Below, piece by piece: positions 15,001-30,000 of a stretch of DNA of 64,000 nt. The notes below the pieces were generated by a model. That model ran no database searches. It worked only from the letters and a program-made list of their open reading frames with translations, and was not told the DNA's origin. Origin of the DNA: Eledone cirrhosa (Eukaryota). Position numbers and translations under genes: made by a program. Each line of letters begins with the position of its first letter. Positions within the stretch are counted from its first letter, which is position 1. Location: contig OZ024748.1 in NCBI GenBank assembly GCA_964016885.1, positions 35,464,001 through 35,528,000 on the forward strand, in the 5' to 3' direction.

Positions 15001-18000
15001 GTGTCTTGTACCATTACAGACACGGTGTCTTGTACCATTAAAGACATGGTGTCTTGTACCATTAAAGACATGGTATCTTGTACCATTAAAGACACGGTGT
15101 CTCGTACAATTAAATACATGGTGTCTTGTAACATTAAAAATGCTCTCTTGTACCATTAAAGACATGGTGTCCCGTACCATTAAAGATATAGTGTCTCGTC
15201 CCTTTTAAGACATGGTGTCTTGTACCATTGCAGACATAGTGTCTCGCACCATTAAATATATGGTGTATTGTACAATTATGAAAAAACACTGTGTTTTGAA
15301 CCATTAAAGATATTGTGTCTTGTCCCATTTAAGACATCGTGTCTTGTACCATTAAAAACATGGTGTCATGCACCATTAATGAGCTGGTGTCTTGTACCAT
15401 TAAACACACGGTGTTTTGTACCATTAAAGAGATGGTGACTTGTACCTTTAAAGACAATGTGTCTTGTACCATTAATGACATGGTGTCTTGTACCATTAAA
15501 GACACGGTGTATTGTAACCTTAAAGACATGGTGTCTTGTACCATTAAAGACATGGTGTCGTGTACCATTAAAGACACGGTGTCTTGTACCATTAAAGCCG
15601 CGGTGTCTTGTACCATTACAGACATGGTGTCTTGCACCATTAATGACATGGTATCTTGTACCATTAAAGATACGGTGTCTTGTAACATTAAAGACACGGT
15701 GTTTTGTACCATTAAAGACACGGTGTCTTGCACCATTATAGACACGGTGTCTTGCAACATTATAGACATCGTGTCTTGTACCATTAAAGACATGGTGTCT
15801 TGTACCATTAAAGACATGGTGTCTTGTACCATTAAAGACTCGGTGTCTTGTACCATTAAAGACATGGTGTCTTTTACCATTAAAGACATGGTATATTGCA
15901 CCATTAAAGATATGATGTCTTGTACAATTATGGAAAAACATTGTGTGTTGTACCATTAAAGACACGGTGCCTTGTACCATTAAAGACATGGTGTTTTGTA
16001 CCATTAATGAAATGGAGTCTTGTACCATTAATGACATGGTTTCATGTACCATTAAAGACAGGGTATCTTGTACCATTAAAGATACGGTGTCTTGTACCAT
16101 TAATGACATGGTGACTTTTACCATTAAAGACATGGTGTCTTGTACAATTAAAGATACGGTGACTTGTACCATTAAATACATGGTGTCTTGTACCATTAAA
16201 TACATGGTGTCTTGTACCATTAATGACATGGTGTCTTGTACCATTAATGACATGGTGTCTTGTACCATTAAAGACATACTGTCTTGTACCATTAAAGACA
16301 CGGTGTCTTGTACCATTAAAGACATGGTGTCTTGTCCCATTAAAGACATGGTGTCTCGTACCATTAAAGACATGGTGTCTTGTAACATTAAATGATATTG
16401 TGTCTTGCACCATTAAAGACATAGTGTCTTGTACCATTAAAGACACGGTGTCTTGTACCATTAAAGACATGGTGTCTTGTATCCTTAAAAACATGGTGTT
16501 TGTACCATTAAAGACATGGTGTCTTGTAACCTTAAAGACACGGTGTCTTGTACCATTAAAAACATGGTATCTTGTACCTCTAAAGACACGGTGTCTTGTA
16601 CCATTAAAGACATGGTGTCTTGTACCATTAATGACATGGTGTCTTGCACCATTAAAGACATGGTGTCTTGTAACATTAATGACATCGTGTCTTGTACCAT
16701 TAAAGACATGGTGTCTTGTACCTTTAAAGACACGGCGTCTTGTACCACTAAACACATGGTGTCTTGCACCATTAAATATATGGTGTCTTGTACAATTATG
16801 AAAAACATTGTGTTTTGTACCATTAAAGACATGGTGTCTTGTACCATTAATGACATGGTGTCTTGTACCATTAATGACATGGTGTCTTGTACCATTAAAG
16901 ACACGGTATCTTGTAACATTATAGACCCGGTGTCTTGTACCATTAAAGACACGGTGTCTTGTACCATTAAAGACATTGTGTCTTGTAACATTAAAGACAT
17001 GGTGTCTTGTACCATTAAAGACATGGTGTCTTGTACAATGAAAGACACGGTGTATTGTACCATTAAAGACACGGTGTCTTTTAACATTAAATGATATGGT
17101 GTTTTGTACCATTAAAGACATGGTGTCTTGTACCATTAAAGACACGGTGACTTGTACCATTAAAGACATGGTGTCTTGTACCATTAAAGACATGGTGTCT
17201 TGTACAATTAAAGACACGGTGTCTCGTACCATTAAAGACATGGTGTCTTGTAACATAAAATGATATGGTGTCTTGTACCATTAAAGACATAGTGTCTTGT
17301 ACCATTAAAGACACTGTGTCTTGTACCATTAAAGATTTGGTGTCTTGTACCATTAAAGACATGGTATCTTGTACCATTCAAGACACGGTGTCTCGTACAA
17401 TTAAATACAGGGTGTCATGTAAAATTAAAAACATGGTGTCTTCTACCATTGAAGACATGGTGTCTTGTACCAGTAAAGTCATAGTGTCTCGTCTCATTTA
17501 AGACATGGTGTCTTGGACCATTCAAGACATGATGTCTTGTACCATTAAAGACATGGTGTCCTGTCCCATTAAAGACACGGTGTTTTGTACCATTAAAGAC
17601 ATGGTGTCTTGTCCAATTTAAGACATGGTGTCTTCTACCATTAATGACATGGTGTCTTGTACCATTAAAGAGATGGTCTCTTGTCCCATTTAAGATACGG
17701 TGTCTTGTACCATTAAATACATGGTGTCTTGTACCATTAAAGACATTTTGTCTTGTCCCATTTAAGACATGGTGTCTTGTACCATTAAAGACATGGTGTC
17801 TTGTCCCGTTTAAGTCATGGTGTCTTGTACCTTTAATGATATGGTGTATTGTACCATTAAAGACATGGTGTCTTGTACCATTAAAGACATGGTGTCTTTA
17901 CCATTAATGACATGGTGTCTTGTACCATTAAAGACACGGTATCTTGTAACATTAAAGATACGGTGTCTTGTAATATTAAAGACACGGTGTCTAGTAACCT

Positions 18001-21000
18001 TAAAGACATGGTGTTTTCTACCATTATATACATGGTGTCTTGTAAACTTAAAGACACGGCGTCTTGTACCATTAATGACAGGGTGACATTTACCATTAAA
18101 GACATGGTGTCCCGTACCATTAAAGACATGCTGTCTTGTACCATTAAAGTTATAGCGTCTCGTCCCATTTAAGACATGGTGTCTTGTACCATTAAAGACA
18201 TGGTGTCTTGTACCATTAATGCCATGGTGTCTTGTACCATTAATGACATGGTGTCTTGTACCATTAAAGACATGGTGTCTTGTTCCATTTAAGACATGGT
18301 GTCTTGTACCTTTAATATGGTGTATTGTACCATTAAAGACACGGTATCTTGTACCATTAAAGATACGGTGTCTTGTAAAATTAAAGACACGGTGTCTAGT
18401 AACCTTAAAGACATGGTGTTTTGTACCATTAAAGACACGGTGTCTTGTACTATTAAAGACATGGTGTCTTGTACCATTAATGACATGGTGACTTTTACCA
18501 TTAAAGACATGGTGTCTTGTAACATTAAAGACATCGTGTATTGTAGCATTAAAGACATGGAGTCTTGTACCTTTAAAGACACGGTGTCTTGTACAATTAA
18601 AGATATGGTGTCTTGTACCATTAAAGACACGGTGTCTTGTAACCTTAAAGACATGGTGTCTGGTACCATTAAAGACACGGTGTCTTGTACCATTAAAGAC
18701 ACGGTGTCTTCTAGCATTAAAAACATGGTATCTTGTACCTCAAAAGACACGGTGTCTTGTACCATTAAGACATGGTATCTTGTACCTCAAAAGACACGGT
18801 GTCTTGTACCATTAAGACATGGTGTCTTGTACCATTAATGACATGGTGTCTTGTACCATTAAAGACATGGTGTCTTGTAACATTAAATGATATGGTGTCT
18901 TGTACAATTAAAGACATAGTGTCTTGTACCATTAAAGACACGGTGTCTTGTTCCATTAAAGACATGGTGTCTTGTACCATTAAATATATAGTGTCTGTTA
19001 CAATTATGAAAAACACTGTGTTTTGTACCATTAAAGACATGGTGTCTCGCACCATTAAATATATGGTGTCTTGTACAATTATGAAAAACTGTGTGTTTTG
19101 TACCATTAAAGACATGGTGTCTTGTCCCTTTTAAGACATGGTGTCTTGTACCATTAAAAACATGGTGTCATGCACCATTAATAAGCTGGTGTCTTGTACC
19201 ATTAAACACACGGTGTTTTGTACCATTAAAGACATGGTGACTTGTACCATTAAAGACACGGTGTCTTGTACCATTACAGACATGGTGTCTTGCACCATTA
19301 AAGATACGGTGTCTTGTACCATTAAAGACACGGTGTCATGTACCATTAAAGACATGGTGTCTCGTACAATTAAAGACTCGGTGTATTGTACCATTAAAGA
19401 CACGGTGTCTTTTAACATTAAATGATATGGTGTCTTGTACCATTAAAGACATGGTGTCTCGTACCATTAAAGACATGGTGTCTTGTAACATTAAATGATA
19501 TGGTGTCTTGTACCATTAAAGACATAGTGTCTTGTACCATTAAAGACACGGTGTCTTGTACCATTAAAGACATGGTGTCTTGTACCATTAAAGATATGGT
19601 ATCTTGTACCATTAAAGACACGGTGTCTCGTACAATTAAATACATGGTGTCTTGTAACATTAAAACATGGTTTCTTGTACCATTAAAGACATGGTGTCCC
19701 GTACCATTAAAGATATAGTGTCTCGTCCCATTTAAGACATGGTGTGTTGTACCATTGCAGACATAGTGTCTCGCACCATTAAATATATGGTGTATTGTAC
19801 AATTATGAAAAAACACTGTGTTTTGTACCATTAAAGAGATGGTGACTTGTACCTTTAAAGTCACGGTGTATTGTAACCTTAAAGACATGGTCTCTTGTAC
19901 CATTAAAGACATGGTGTCGTGTACCATTAAAGACACGGTGTCTTGTACCATTAAAGACGCGGTGTCTTGTACCATTACAGACATGGTGTCTTGCACCATT
20001 AATGACATGGTATCTTGTACCATTAAAGATACGGTGTCTTGTAACATTAAAGACACGGTGTCTTGCACCATTATAGACATCGTGTTTTGCAACATTATAG
20101 ACATCGTGTCTTGTACCATTAAAGACATGGTTTCTTGTACCATTAAAGACATGGTGTCTTGTACCATTAAAGACTCGGTGTCTTGTACCATTAAAGACAT
20201 GGTGTCTTTTAACATTAAAGACATGGTGTCTTGCACCATTTAAGATATGATGTCTTCTACAATTATGAAAAAACATTGTGTGTTGTACCATTAAAGACAC
20301 GGTGGCTTGTACCATTAAAGACATGGTGTTTTGTACCATTAATGAAATGGAGTCTTGTACCATTAATGACATGGTTTCATGTACCATTAAAGACAGGGTA
20401 TCTTGTACCAATAAAGATACGGTGTCTTGTACCATTAATGACATGGTGACTTTTACCATTAAAGAGATGGTGTCTTGTACAATTAAAGATATGGTGTCTT
20501 GTACCATTAAAGACACGGTGTCTTGTAACCTTAAAGACATGGTGTCTTGTACCATTAAAGACACGGTGTCTTGTACCATTAAAAACTCGGTGTCTTGTAC
20601 CATTAAAGACATGGTGTCTTTTACCATTAAAGACACGGTGACTTGTACCATTAAAGACATCGTGTCTTGCAGTATTAATGACATGGTGTCTTGTACCATT
20701 AAAGACATGCACTCTTGTACCATTAAAGACACGGTGTCTTGTACCATTAAAGACACGGTGTTTCGTACCATTAAAGACATGTTGTCTTGAAACATTAAAT
20801 GATATGGTGTCTTGTACCATTAAAGACACAGTGTCTTGTACCATTAAAGACACGGTGCCTTGTACCATTAAAGATATGGTGTCTTGTACCATTAAAGACA
20901 TGCTGTCTTGAACCATTAAAGACACGGTTTCTCGTACAATTAAATACATGGTGTCTTGTAACAATAAATCATGGTGTCTTGTACCACTAAAGACATGGTG

Positions 21001-24000
21001 TCTTGTCCCATTTAAGACATGGTGTCTTGTACCTTTAATGATATGGTGTATTGTACCATTAAAGACATGGTGTCTTTACCATTAATGACATGGTGTCATG
21101 TACCATTAAAGACACGGTATCTTGTACCATTAAAGATACGGTGTCTTGTAATATTAAAGACACGGTGTCTAGTAACCTTAAAGATATGGTGTTTTGTACC
21201 ATTAAAGACACGGTGTCTTGTACCATTAAAGACATGGTGTCTTGTACCATTAATGACATGGTGACTTTTACCATTAAAGACATGGTATCTTGTAACATTA
21301 AACACATCGTGTATTGTAGCATTAAAGACATGGAGTCTTGTACCTTTAAAGACACGGTGTCTTGTACCATTAAAGACACGGTGTCTTGTAACCTTAAAGA
21401 CATGGTGTCTTGTACCATTAAAGACACGGTGTCTTGTACCATTAAAGACACGATGTCTTGTACCATAAAAACATGGTATCTTGAACCTCAAAAGACACGG
21501 TGTCTTGTACCATTAAAGACATCGTGTCTTGTACCATTAATGACATGGTGTCTTGTACCATTAAAGACATGGTGTCTTGTAACATTAAAGACATCGTGTC
21601 TTGTACCATTAAAGACACGGTGTCTTGTACCATTAAAGACATGGTGTCTTTTACCATTAAAGACATGGTGTCTCGTACAATTAAAGACATGGTGTCTTAT
21701 AACATTAAATGATATGGTGTCTTGTACCATTAAAGACATAGTGTCTTGTACCATTAAAGACACGGTGTCTTGTACCATTAAAGACATGGTGTCTTGTACC
21801 ATTAAAGACATGGTATCTTGTACCATTAAAGACACGGTGTCTCGTACAATTAAATACATGGTGTCTTGTAACATTAAATCCTGGTATCTTGTACCATTAA
21901 AGACATGGTGTCCCGTACAATTAAAGACATGCTGTCTTGTACCATTAAAGATATAGTGTCTCGTCCAATTTAAGAGATGGCGTCTCGCACCATTAAATAT
22001 ATGGTGTCTTGTACAATTATGAAAAACACTGTGTTTTGTACCATTAAAGACATGGTGTCTTGTCCCATTTAAGACATGGTGTCTTGTACCATTAAAAATA
22101 AGGTGTCATGCACCATTAATGAGCTGGTGTCTTGTACCATTAAACCAACGGTGTTTTGTACCATTAAAGACATGGTGACTTGTACCTTTAAAGACAATGT
22201 GTCTTGCATCATTAATGACATGGTATCTTGTACCATTAAAGATACGGTGTCTTGTAACATTAAAGACACGGTGTTTTGTACCATTAAAGACACGGTGTCT
22301 TGCACCATTATAGACATCGTGTCTTGCAACATTATAGACATCGTGTCTTGTACCATTAAAGACATGGTGTCTTGTACCATTAAAGACATGGTGTCTTGTA
22401 CCATTAAAGACTCGGTGACTTGTACCATTAAAGACATGGTGTCTTTTACCATTAAAGACATGGTGTCTTGCACCATTAAAGATATGGTGTCTTGTACCAT
22501 TAAAGACATGGTGTCTTGTACCATTAAAGACTCGGTGACTTGTACCATTAAAGACATGGTGTCTTTTACCATTAAAGACATGGTGTCTTGTACCATTAAA
22601 GACATGGTGTCTTGTACCATTAAAGACTCGGTGACTTGTACCATTAAAGACATGGTGTCTTTTACCATTAAAGACATGGTGTCTTGCACCATTAAAGATA
22701 TGATGTCTTGTACAATTATGAAAAAACATTGTGTGTTGTACCTTTAAAGACAATGTGTCTTGCATCATTAATGACATGGTATCTTGTACCATTAAAGATA
22801 CGGTGTCTTGTAACATTAAAGACACGGTGTTTTGTACCATTAAAGACACGGTGTCTTGCACCATTATAGACATCGTGTCTTGCAACATTATAGACATCGT
22901 GTCTTGTACCATTAAAGACATGGTGTCTTGTACCATTAAAGACATGGTGTCTTGTACCATTAAAGACTCGGTGACTTGTACCATTAAAGACATGGTGTCT
23001 TTTACCATTAAAGACATGGTGTCTTGCACCATTAAAGATATGATCTCTTGTACAATTATGAAAAAGCATTGTGTGTTGTACCATTAAATACACGGTGCCT
23101 TGTACCATTAAAGACATGATGTTTTGTACCATTAATGAAATGGAGTCTTGTACCATTAATGACATGGTTTCTTGTACCATTAAAGACAGGGTATCTTGTA
23201 CCATTAAAGATACGGTGTCTTGTACCATTAATGACATGGTGACTTTTACCATTAAAGACATGGTGTCTCGTACAATTAAAGATATGGTGTCTTGTACCAT
23301 TAAAGACACGGTGTCTTGTAACCTTAAAGACACGGTGTCTTGTACCATTAAAGACATGGTGTATTGTACCATTAAAGACATGGTGTCTTTTACCATTAAA
23401 GACTCGGTGTCTTGTACCATTAAAGACATGGTGTCTTTTACTATTAAAGACATGGTGACCTGTACCATTAAAGACATGGTGTCTTGTACCATTAAAGACA
23501 TGGTGTCTTGCACCATTAAAGACACGGTATCTTGTACCATTAACGACATCGTGTCTTGCAGTATTAATGACATGGTGTCTTGTACCATTAAAGACACGGT
23601 GTCTTGTACCATTAAAGACACGGTGTTTCGTACCATTAAAGACACGTTGTCTTGAAACATTAAATGATATGGTGTCTTGTACCATTAAAGACATAGTGTC
23701 TTGTACCATGAAAGACACGGTGTCTTGTACCATTAAGAACTCGGTGTCTTGTACCATTAAAGACATGGTGTCTTTTACCATTAAAGACATGGTACTTGTA
23801 CCATTAAAGACATGGTGTCTTGTACCATTAAAGACATGGTGTCTTGCACCATTAAAGACACGGTATCTTGTAACATTATAGACCTGGTGTCTTGTACCAT
23901 TAAAGACACGGTGACTTGTACCATTAAAGACATCGTGTCTTGCAGTATTAATGACATGGTGTCTTGTACCATTAAAGACATGCACTCTTGTACCATTAAA

Positions 24001-27000
24001 GACACGGTGTCTTGTACCATTAAAGACACGGTGTTTCGTACCATTAAAGACATGTTGTCTTGAAACATTAAATGATATGGTGTCTTGTACCATTAAAGAC
24101 ACGGTGCCTTGTACCATTAAAGATATGGTGTCTTGTACCATTAAAGACATGGTGTCTTGAACCATTAAAGACACGGTTTCTCGTACAATTAAATACATGG
24201 TGTCTTGTAACAATAAATCATGGTGTCTTGTACCACTAAAGACATGGTGTCTTGTCCCATTTAAGACATGGTGTCTTGTACCTTTAATGATATGGTGTAT
24301 TGTACCATTAAAGACATGGTGTCTTTACCATTAATGACATCGTGTCATGTACCATTAAAGACACGGTATCTTGTACCATTAAAGATACGGTGTCTTGTAA
24401 TATTAAAGACACGGTGTCTAGTAACCTTAAAGATATGGTGTTTTGTACCATTAAAGACACGGTGTCTTGTACCATTAAAGACATGGTGTCTTGTACCATT
24501 AATGACATGGTATCTTGTAACATTAAACACATCGTGTATTGTAGCATTAAAGACATGGAGTCTTGTACCTTTAAAGACACGGTGTCTTGTACCATTAAAG
24601 ACACGGTGTCTTGTAACCTTAAAGACATGGTGTCTTGTACCATTAAAGACACGGTGTCTTGTACCATAAAAACATGGTATCTTGAACCTCAAAAGACACG
24701 GTGTCTTGTACCATTAAAGACATCGTGTCTTGTACCATTAATGACATGGTGTCTTGTACCATTAAAGACACGATGTCTTGTACCATAAAAACATGGTATC
24801 TTGAACCTCAAAAGACACGGTGTCTTGTACCATTAAAGACATCGTGTCTTGTACCATTAATGACATGGTGTCTTGTACCATTAAAGACATGGTGTCTTGT
24901 AACATTAAAGACATCGTGTCTTGTACCATTAAAGACACGGTGTCTTGTACCATTAAAGACATGGTGTCTTTTACCATTAAAGACATGGTGTCTCGTACAA
25001 TTAAAGACATGGTGTCTTATAACATAAAATGATATGGTGTCTTGTACCATTAAAGACATAGTGTCTTGTACCATTAAAGACACGGTGTCTTGTACCATTA
25101 AAGACATGGTGTCTTGTACCATTAAAGACATGGTATCTTGTACCATTAAAGACACGGTGTCTCGTACAATTAAATACATGGTGTCTTGTAACATTAAATC
25201 CTGGTACCTTGTACCATTAAAGACATGGTGTCCCGTACAATTAAAGACATGCTGTCTTGTACCATTAAAGATATAGTGTCTCGTCCAATTTAAGAGATGG
25301 TGTCTCGCACCATTAAATATATGGTGTCTTGTACAATTATGAAAAACACTGTGTTTTGTACCATTAAAGACATGGTGTCTTGTCCCATTTAAGACATGGT
25401 GTCTTGTACCATTAAAAATAAGGTGTCATGCACCATTAATGAGCTGGTGTCTTGTACCATTAAACCAACGGTGTTTTGTACCATTAAAGACATGGTGACT
25501 TGTACCTTTAAAGACAATGTGTCTTGCATCATTAATGACATGGTATCTTGTACCATTAAAGATATGGTGTCTTGTAACATTAAAGACACGGTGTTTTGTA
25601 CCATTAAAGACACGGTGTCTTGCACCATTATAGACATCGTGTCTTGCAACATTATAGACATCGTGTCTTGTACCATTAAAGACATGGTGTCTTGTACCAT
25701 TAAAGACATGGTGTCTTGTACCATTAAAGACTCGGTGACTTGTACCATTAAAGACATGGTGTCTTTTACCATTAAAGACATGGTGTCTTGCACCATTAAA
25801 GATATGGTGTCTTGTACCATTAAAGACATGGTGTCTTGTACCATTAAAGACTCGGTGACTTGTACCATTAAAGACATGGTGTCTTTTACCATTAAAGACA
25901 TGGTGTCTTGTACCATTAAAGACATGGTGTCTTGTACCATTAAAGACTCGGTGACTTGTACCATTAAAGACATGGTGTCTTTTACCATTAAAGACATGGT
26001 GTCTTGCACCATTAAAGATATGATGTCTTGTACAATTATGAAAAAACATTGTGTGTTGTACCTTTAAAGACAATGTGTCTTGCATCATTAATGACATGGT
26101 ATCTTGTACCATTAAAGATACGGTGTCTTGTAACATTAAAGACACGGTGTTTTGTACCATTAAAGACACGGTGTCTTGCACCATTATAGACATCGTGTCT
26201 TGCAACATTATAGACATCGTGTCTTGTACCATTAAAGACATGGTGTCTTGTACCATTAAAGACATGGTGTCTTGTACCATTAAAGACTCGGTGACTTGTA
26301 CCATTAAAGACATGGTGTCTTTTACCATTAAAGACATGGTGTCTTGCACCATTAAAGATATGATGTCTTGTACAATTATGAAAAAGCATTGTGTGTTGTA
26401 CCATTAAAGACACGGTGCCTTGTACCATTAAAGACATGATGTTTTGTACCATTAATGACATGGTTTCTTGTACCATTAAAGACAGGGTATCTTGTACCAT
26501 TAAAGATACGGTGTCTTGTACCATTAATGACATGGTGACTTTTACCATTAAAGACATGGTGTCTCGTACAATTAAAGATATGGTGTCTTGTACCATTAAA
26601 GACACGGTGTCTTGTAACCTTAAAGACACGGTGTCTTGTACCATTAAAGACATGGTGTATTGTACCATTAAAGACATGGTGTCTTTTACCATTAAAGACT
26701 CGGTGTCTTGTACCATTAAAGACATGGTGTCTTTTACTATTAAAGACATGGTGACCTGTACCATTAAAGACACGGTGTTTCGTACCATTAAAGACACGTT
26801 GTCTTGAAACATTAAATGATATGGTGTCTTGTACCATTAAAGACATAGTGTCTTGTACCATTAAAGACACGGTGCCTTGTACCATTAAAGATATGGTGTC
26901 TTGTACCATTAAAGACATGGTGTCTTGTAACATTAAAGACATCGTGTCTTGTACCATTAAAGACATGGTGTCTTGCACCTTTAAAGACACGGTGTTTGTA

Positions 27001-30000
27001 CCATTAAAGACATGATGTCTTGTACCATTGAAGACGCGGTGTATTGTACCATTAAAGACACGGTGTCTTGTACCATTAAATACATGGTGTTTTGCACCAT
27101 TAAAGACACAGCATCTTGTAATATTATAGACCCGGTCTCTTGTACCATTAAAGACACGGTGTCTTGTACCATTAAAGATATCGTGTCTTGCAGTAGTAAT
27201 GACATGGTGTCTTGTACCATTAAAGACATGGACACTTGTACCATTAAAGACATGGTGTCTTATACCATTAAAGACACGCTGTCTCGTACCATTAAAGACA
27301 TTTTGTCTAGTAACATTAAATGATATGGTGTCTTGTACCATTAAAGACATAGTGTCTTGTACCATTAAAGACATGGTGTCTTGTACCATTAAAGATATGG
27401 TGTCTTGTACCATTAAAGACATGGTATCTTGTACAATTAAAGACACGGTGTATTGTACCATTAAAGACAGGGCGTCTTTTAACATTAAATAATATGGTGT
27501 CTTGTACCATTAAAGACATGGTGTCTCGCACCATTAAATATATGGTGTCTTGTACAATTATGAAAAACACTGTGTTTTGTACCATTAAAGACATGGTGTC
27601 TTGTCCCATTTAAGACATGGTGTGTTGTACCATTAAAAACATGGTGTCATGCACCATTAATGAGCTGGTGTCTTGTACCATTAAACACACGGTGTTTTGT
27701 ACCATTAAAGACATGGTGACTTGTACCTTTAAAGACAATGTGTCTTGTACCATTAATGACATGGTGTCTTGTACCATTAAAGACACTGTGTATTGTAACC
27801 TTAAAGACATGGTGTCTTGTACCATTAAAGACATGGTGTCGTGTACCATTAAAGACACGGTGTCTTGTACCATTAAAGACACGGTGTCTTGTACCATTAC
27901 AGACATGGTGTCTTGCACCATTAATGACATGGTATCTTGTACCATTAAAGATACGGTGTCTTGTACCATTAAAGACACGGTGTCTCGTACCATTAAAGTC
28001 ATGGTGTCTTGTACAATTAAAGACATGGTGTCTTGTACCATTAAAGACACGGTGTCTCGTACCATTAAAGACATGGTGTCTTGTACCATTAATGACACGG
28101 TGTATTGTACCATTAAAGACACGGTGTCTTTTAACATTAAATGATATGGTGTCTTGTACCATTAAAGACATGGTGTCGCGTACCATTAAAGACATGGTGT
28201 CTTGTAACATTAAATGATATGGTGTGTTGTACCATTAAAGACATAGTGTCTTGTACCATTAAAGACACGGTGTCTTGTACTATTAAAGACATGGTGTCTT
28301 GTACCATTAAAGACATGGTGTCGTGTACCATTAAAGACACGGTGTCTAGTACCATTAAAGACACGGTGTCTTGTACCACTACAGACATGGTGTCTTGCAC
28401 CATTAATGACGTGGTATCTTTTACCATTAAAGATACGGTGACTTGTAAGATTAAAGACACGGTGTTTTGTACCATTAAAGACACGGTGTCTTGCACCATT
28501 ATAGACACGGTGTCTTGTAACATTAAAGACATCGTGTCTTGTAGTGTTAATGACATGATGTCTTGTACCATTAAAGACATGGTGTCTTGTACCATAAAAG
28601 ACATGGTGTCTTTTACCATTAAAGACATGGTGTCTTGCACCATTAAAGATATGATGTCTTGTACAATTATGACAAAACATTGTGTTTTGTACCATTAAAG
28701 ACACGGTGCCTTGTACCATTAAAGACAGGGTGTCTTGTACCATTAATGACATGGAGTCTTGTACCATTAATGACATGGTTTCATGTACCATTAAAGAGTG
28801 GGTATCTTGTACCATTAAAGATACGGTGTCTTGTAACATTAATGACATGGTGATTTTACCATTAAAGACATGGTGTCTTGTACAATTAAAGATATGGTGT
28901 CTTGTACCATTAAAGACATGGTATCTTGTACAATTAAAGACACGGTGTATTGTACCATTAAAGACAGGGCGTCTTTTAACATTAAATAATATGGTGTCTT
29001 GTACCATTAAAGACATGGTGTCTCGCACCATTAAATATATGGTGTCTTGTACAATTATGAAAAACACTGTGTTTTGTACCATTAAAGACATGGTGTCTTG
29101 TCCCATTTAAGACATGGTGTGTTGTACCATTAAAAACATGGTGTCATGCACCATTAATGAGCTGGTGTCTTGTACCATTAAACACACGGTGTTTTGTACC
29201 ATTAAAGACATGGTGACTTGTACCTTTAAAGACAATGTGTCATGTACCATTAATGACATGGTGTCTTGTACCATTAAAGACACTGTGTATTGTAACCTTA
29301 AAGACATGGTGTCTTGTACCATTAAAGACATGGTGTCGTGTACCATTAAAGACACGGTGTCTTGTACCATTAAAGACACGGTGTCTTGTACCATTACAGA
29401 CATGGTGTCTTGCACCATTAATGACATGGTATCTTGTACCATTAAAGATACGGTGTCTTGTACCATTAAAGACACGGTGTCTCGTACCATTAAAGTCATG
29501 GTGTCTTGTACAATTAAAGACATGGTGTCTTGTACCATTAAAGACACGGTGTCTCGTACCATTAAAGACATGGTGTCTTGTACCATTAATGACACGGTGT
29601 ATTGTACCATTAAAGACACGGTGTCTTTTAACATTAAATGATATGGTGTCTTGTACCATTAAAGACATGGTGTCGCGTACCATTAAAGACATGGTGTCTT
29701 GTAACATTAAATGATATGGTGTGTTGTACCATTAAAGACATAGTGTCTTGTACCATTAAAGACACGGTGTCTTGTACTATTAAAGACATGGTGTCTTGTA
29801 CCATTAAAGACATGGTGTCGTGTACCATTAAAGACACGGTGTCTAGTACCATTAAAGACACGGTGTCTTGTACCACTACAGACATGGTGTCTTGCACCAT
29901 TAATGACGTGGTATCTTTTACCATTAAAGATACGGTGACTTGTAAGATTAAAGACACGGTGTTTTGTACCATTAAAGACACGGTGTCTTGCACCATTATA

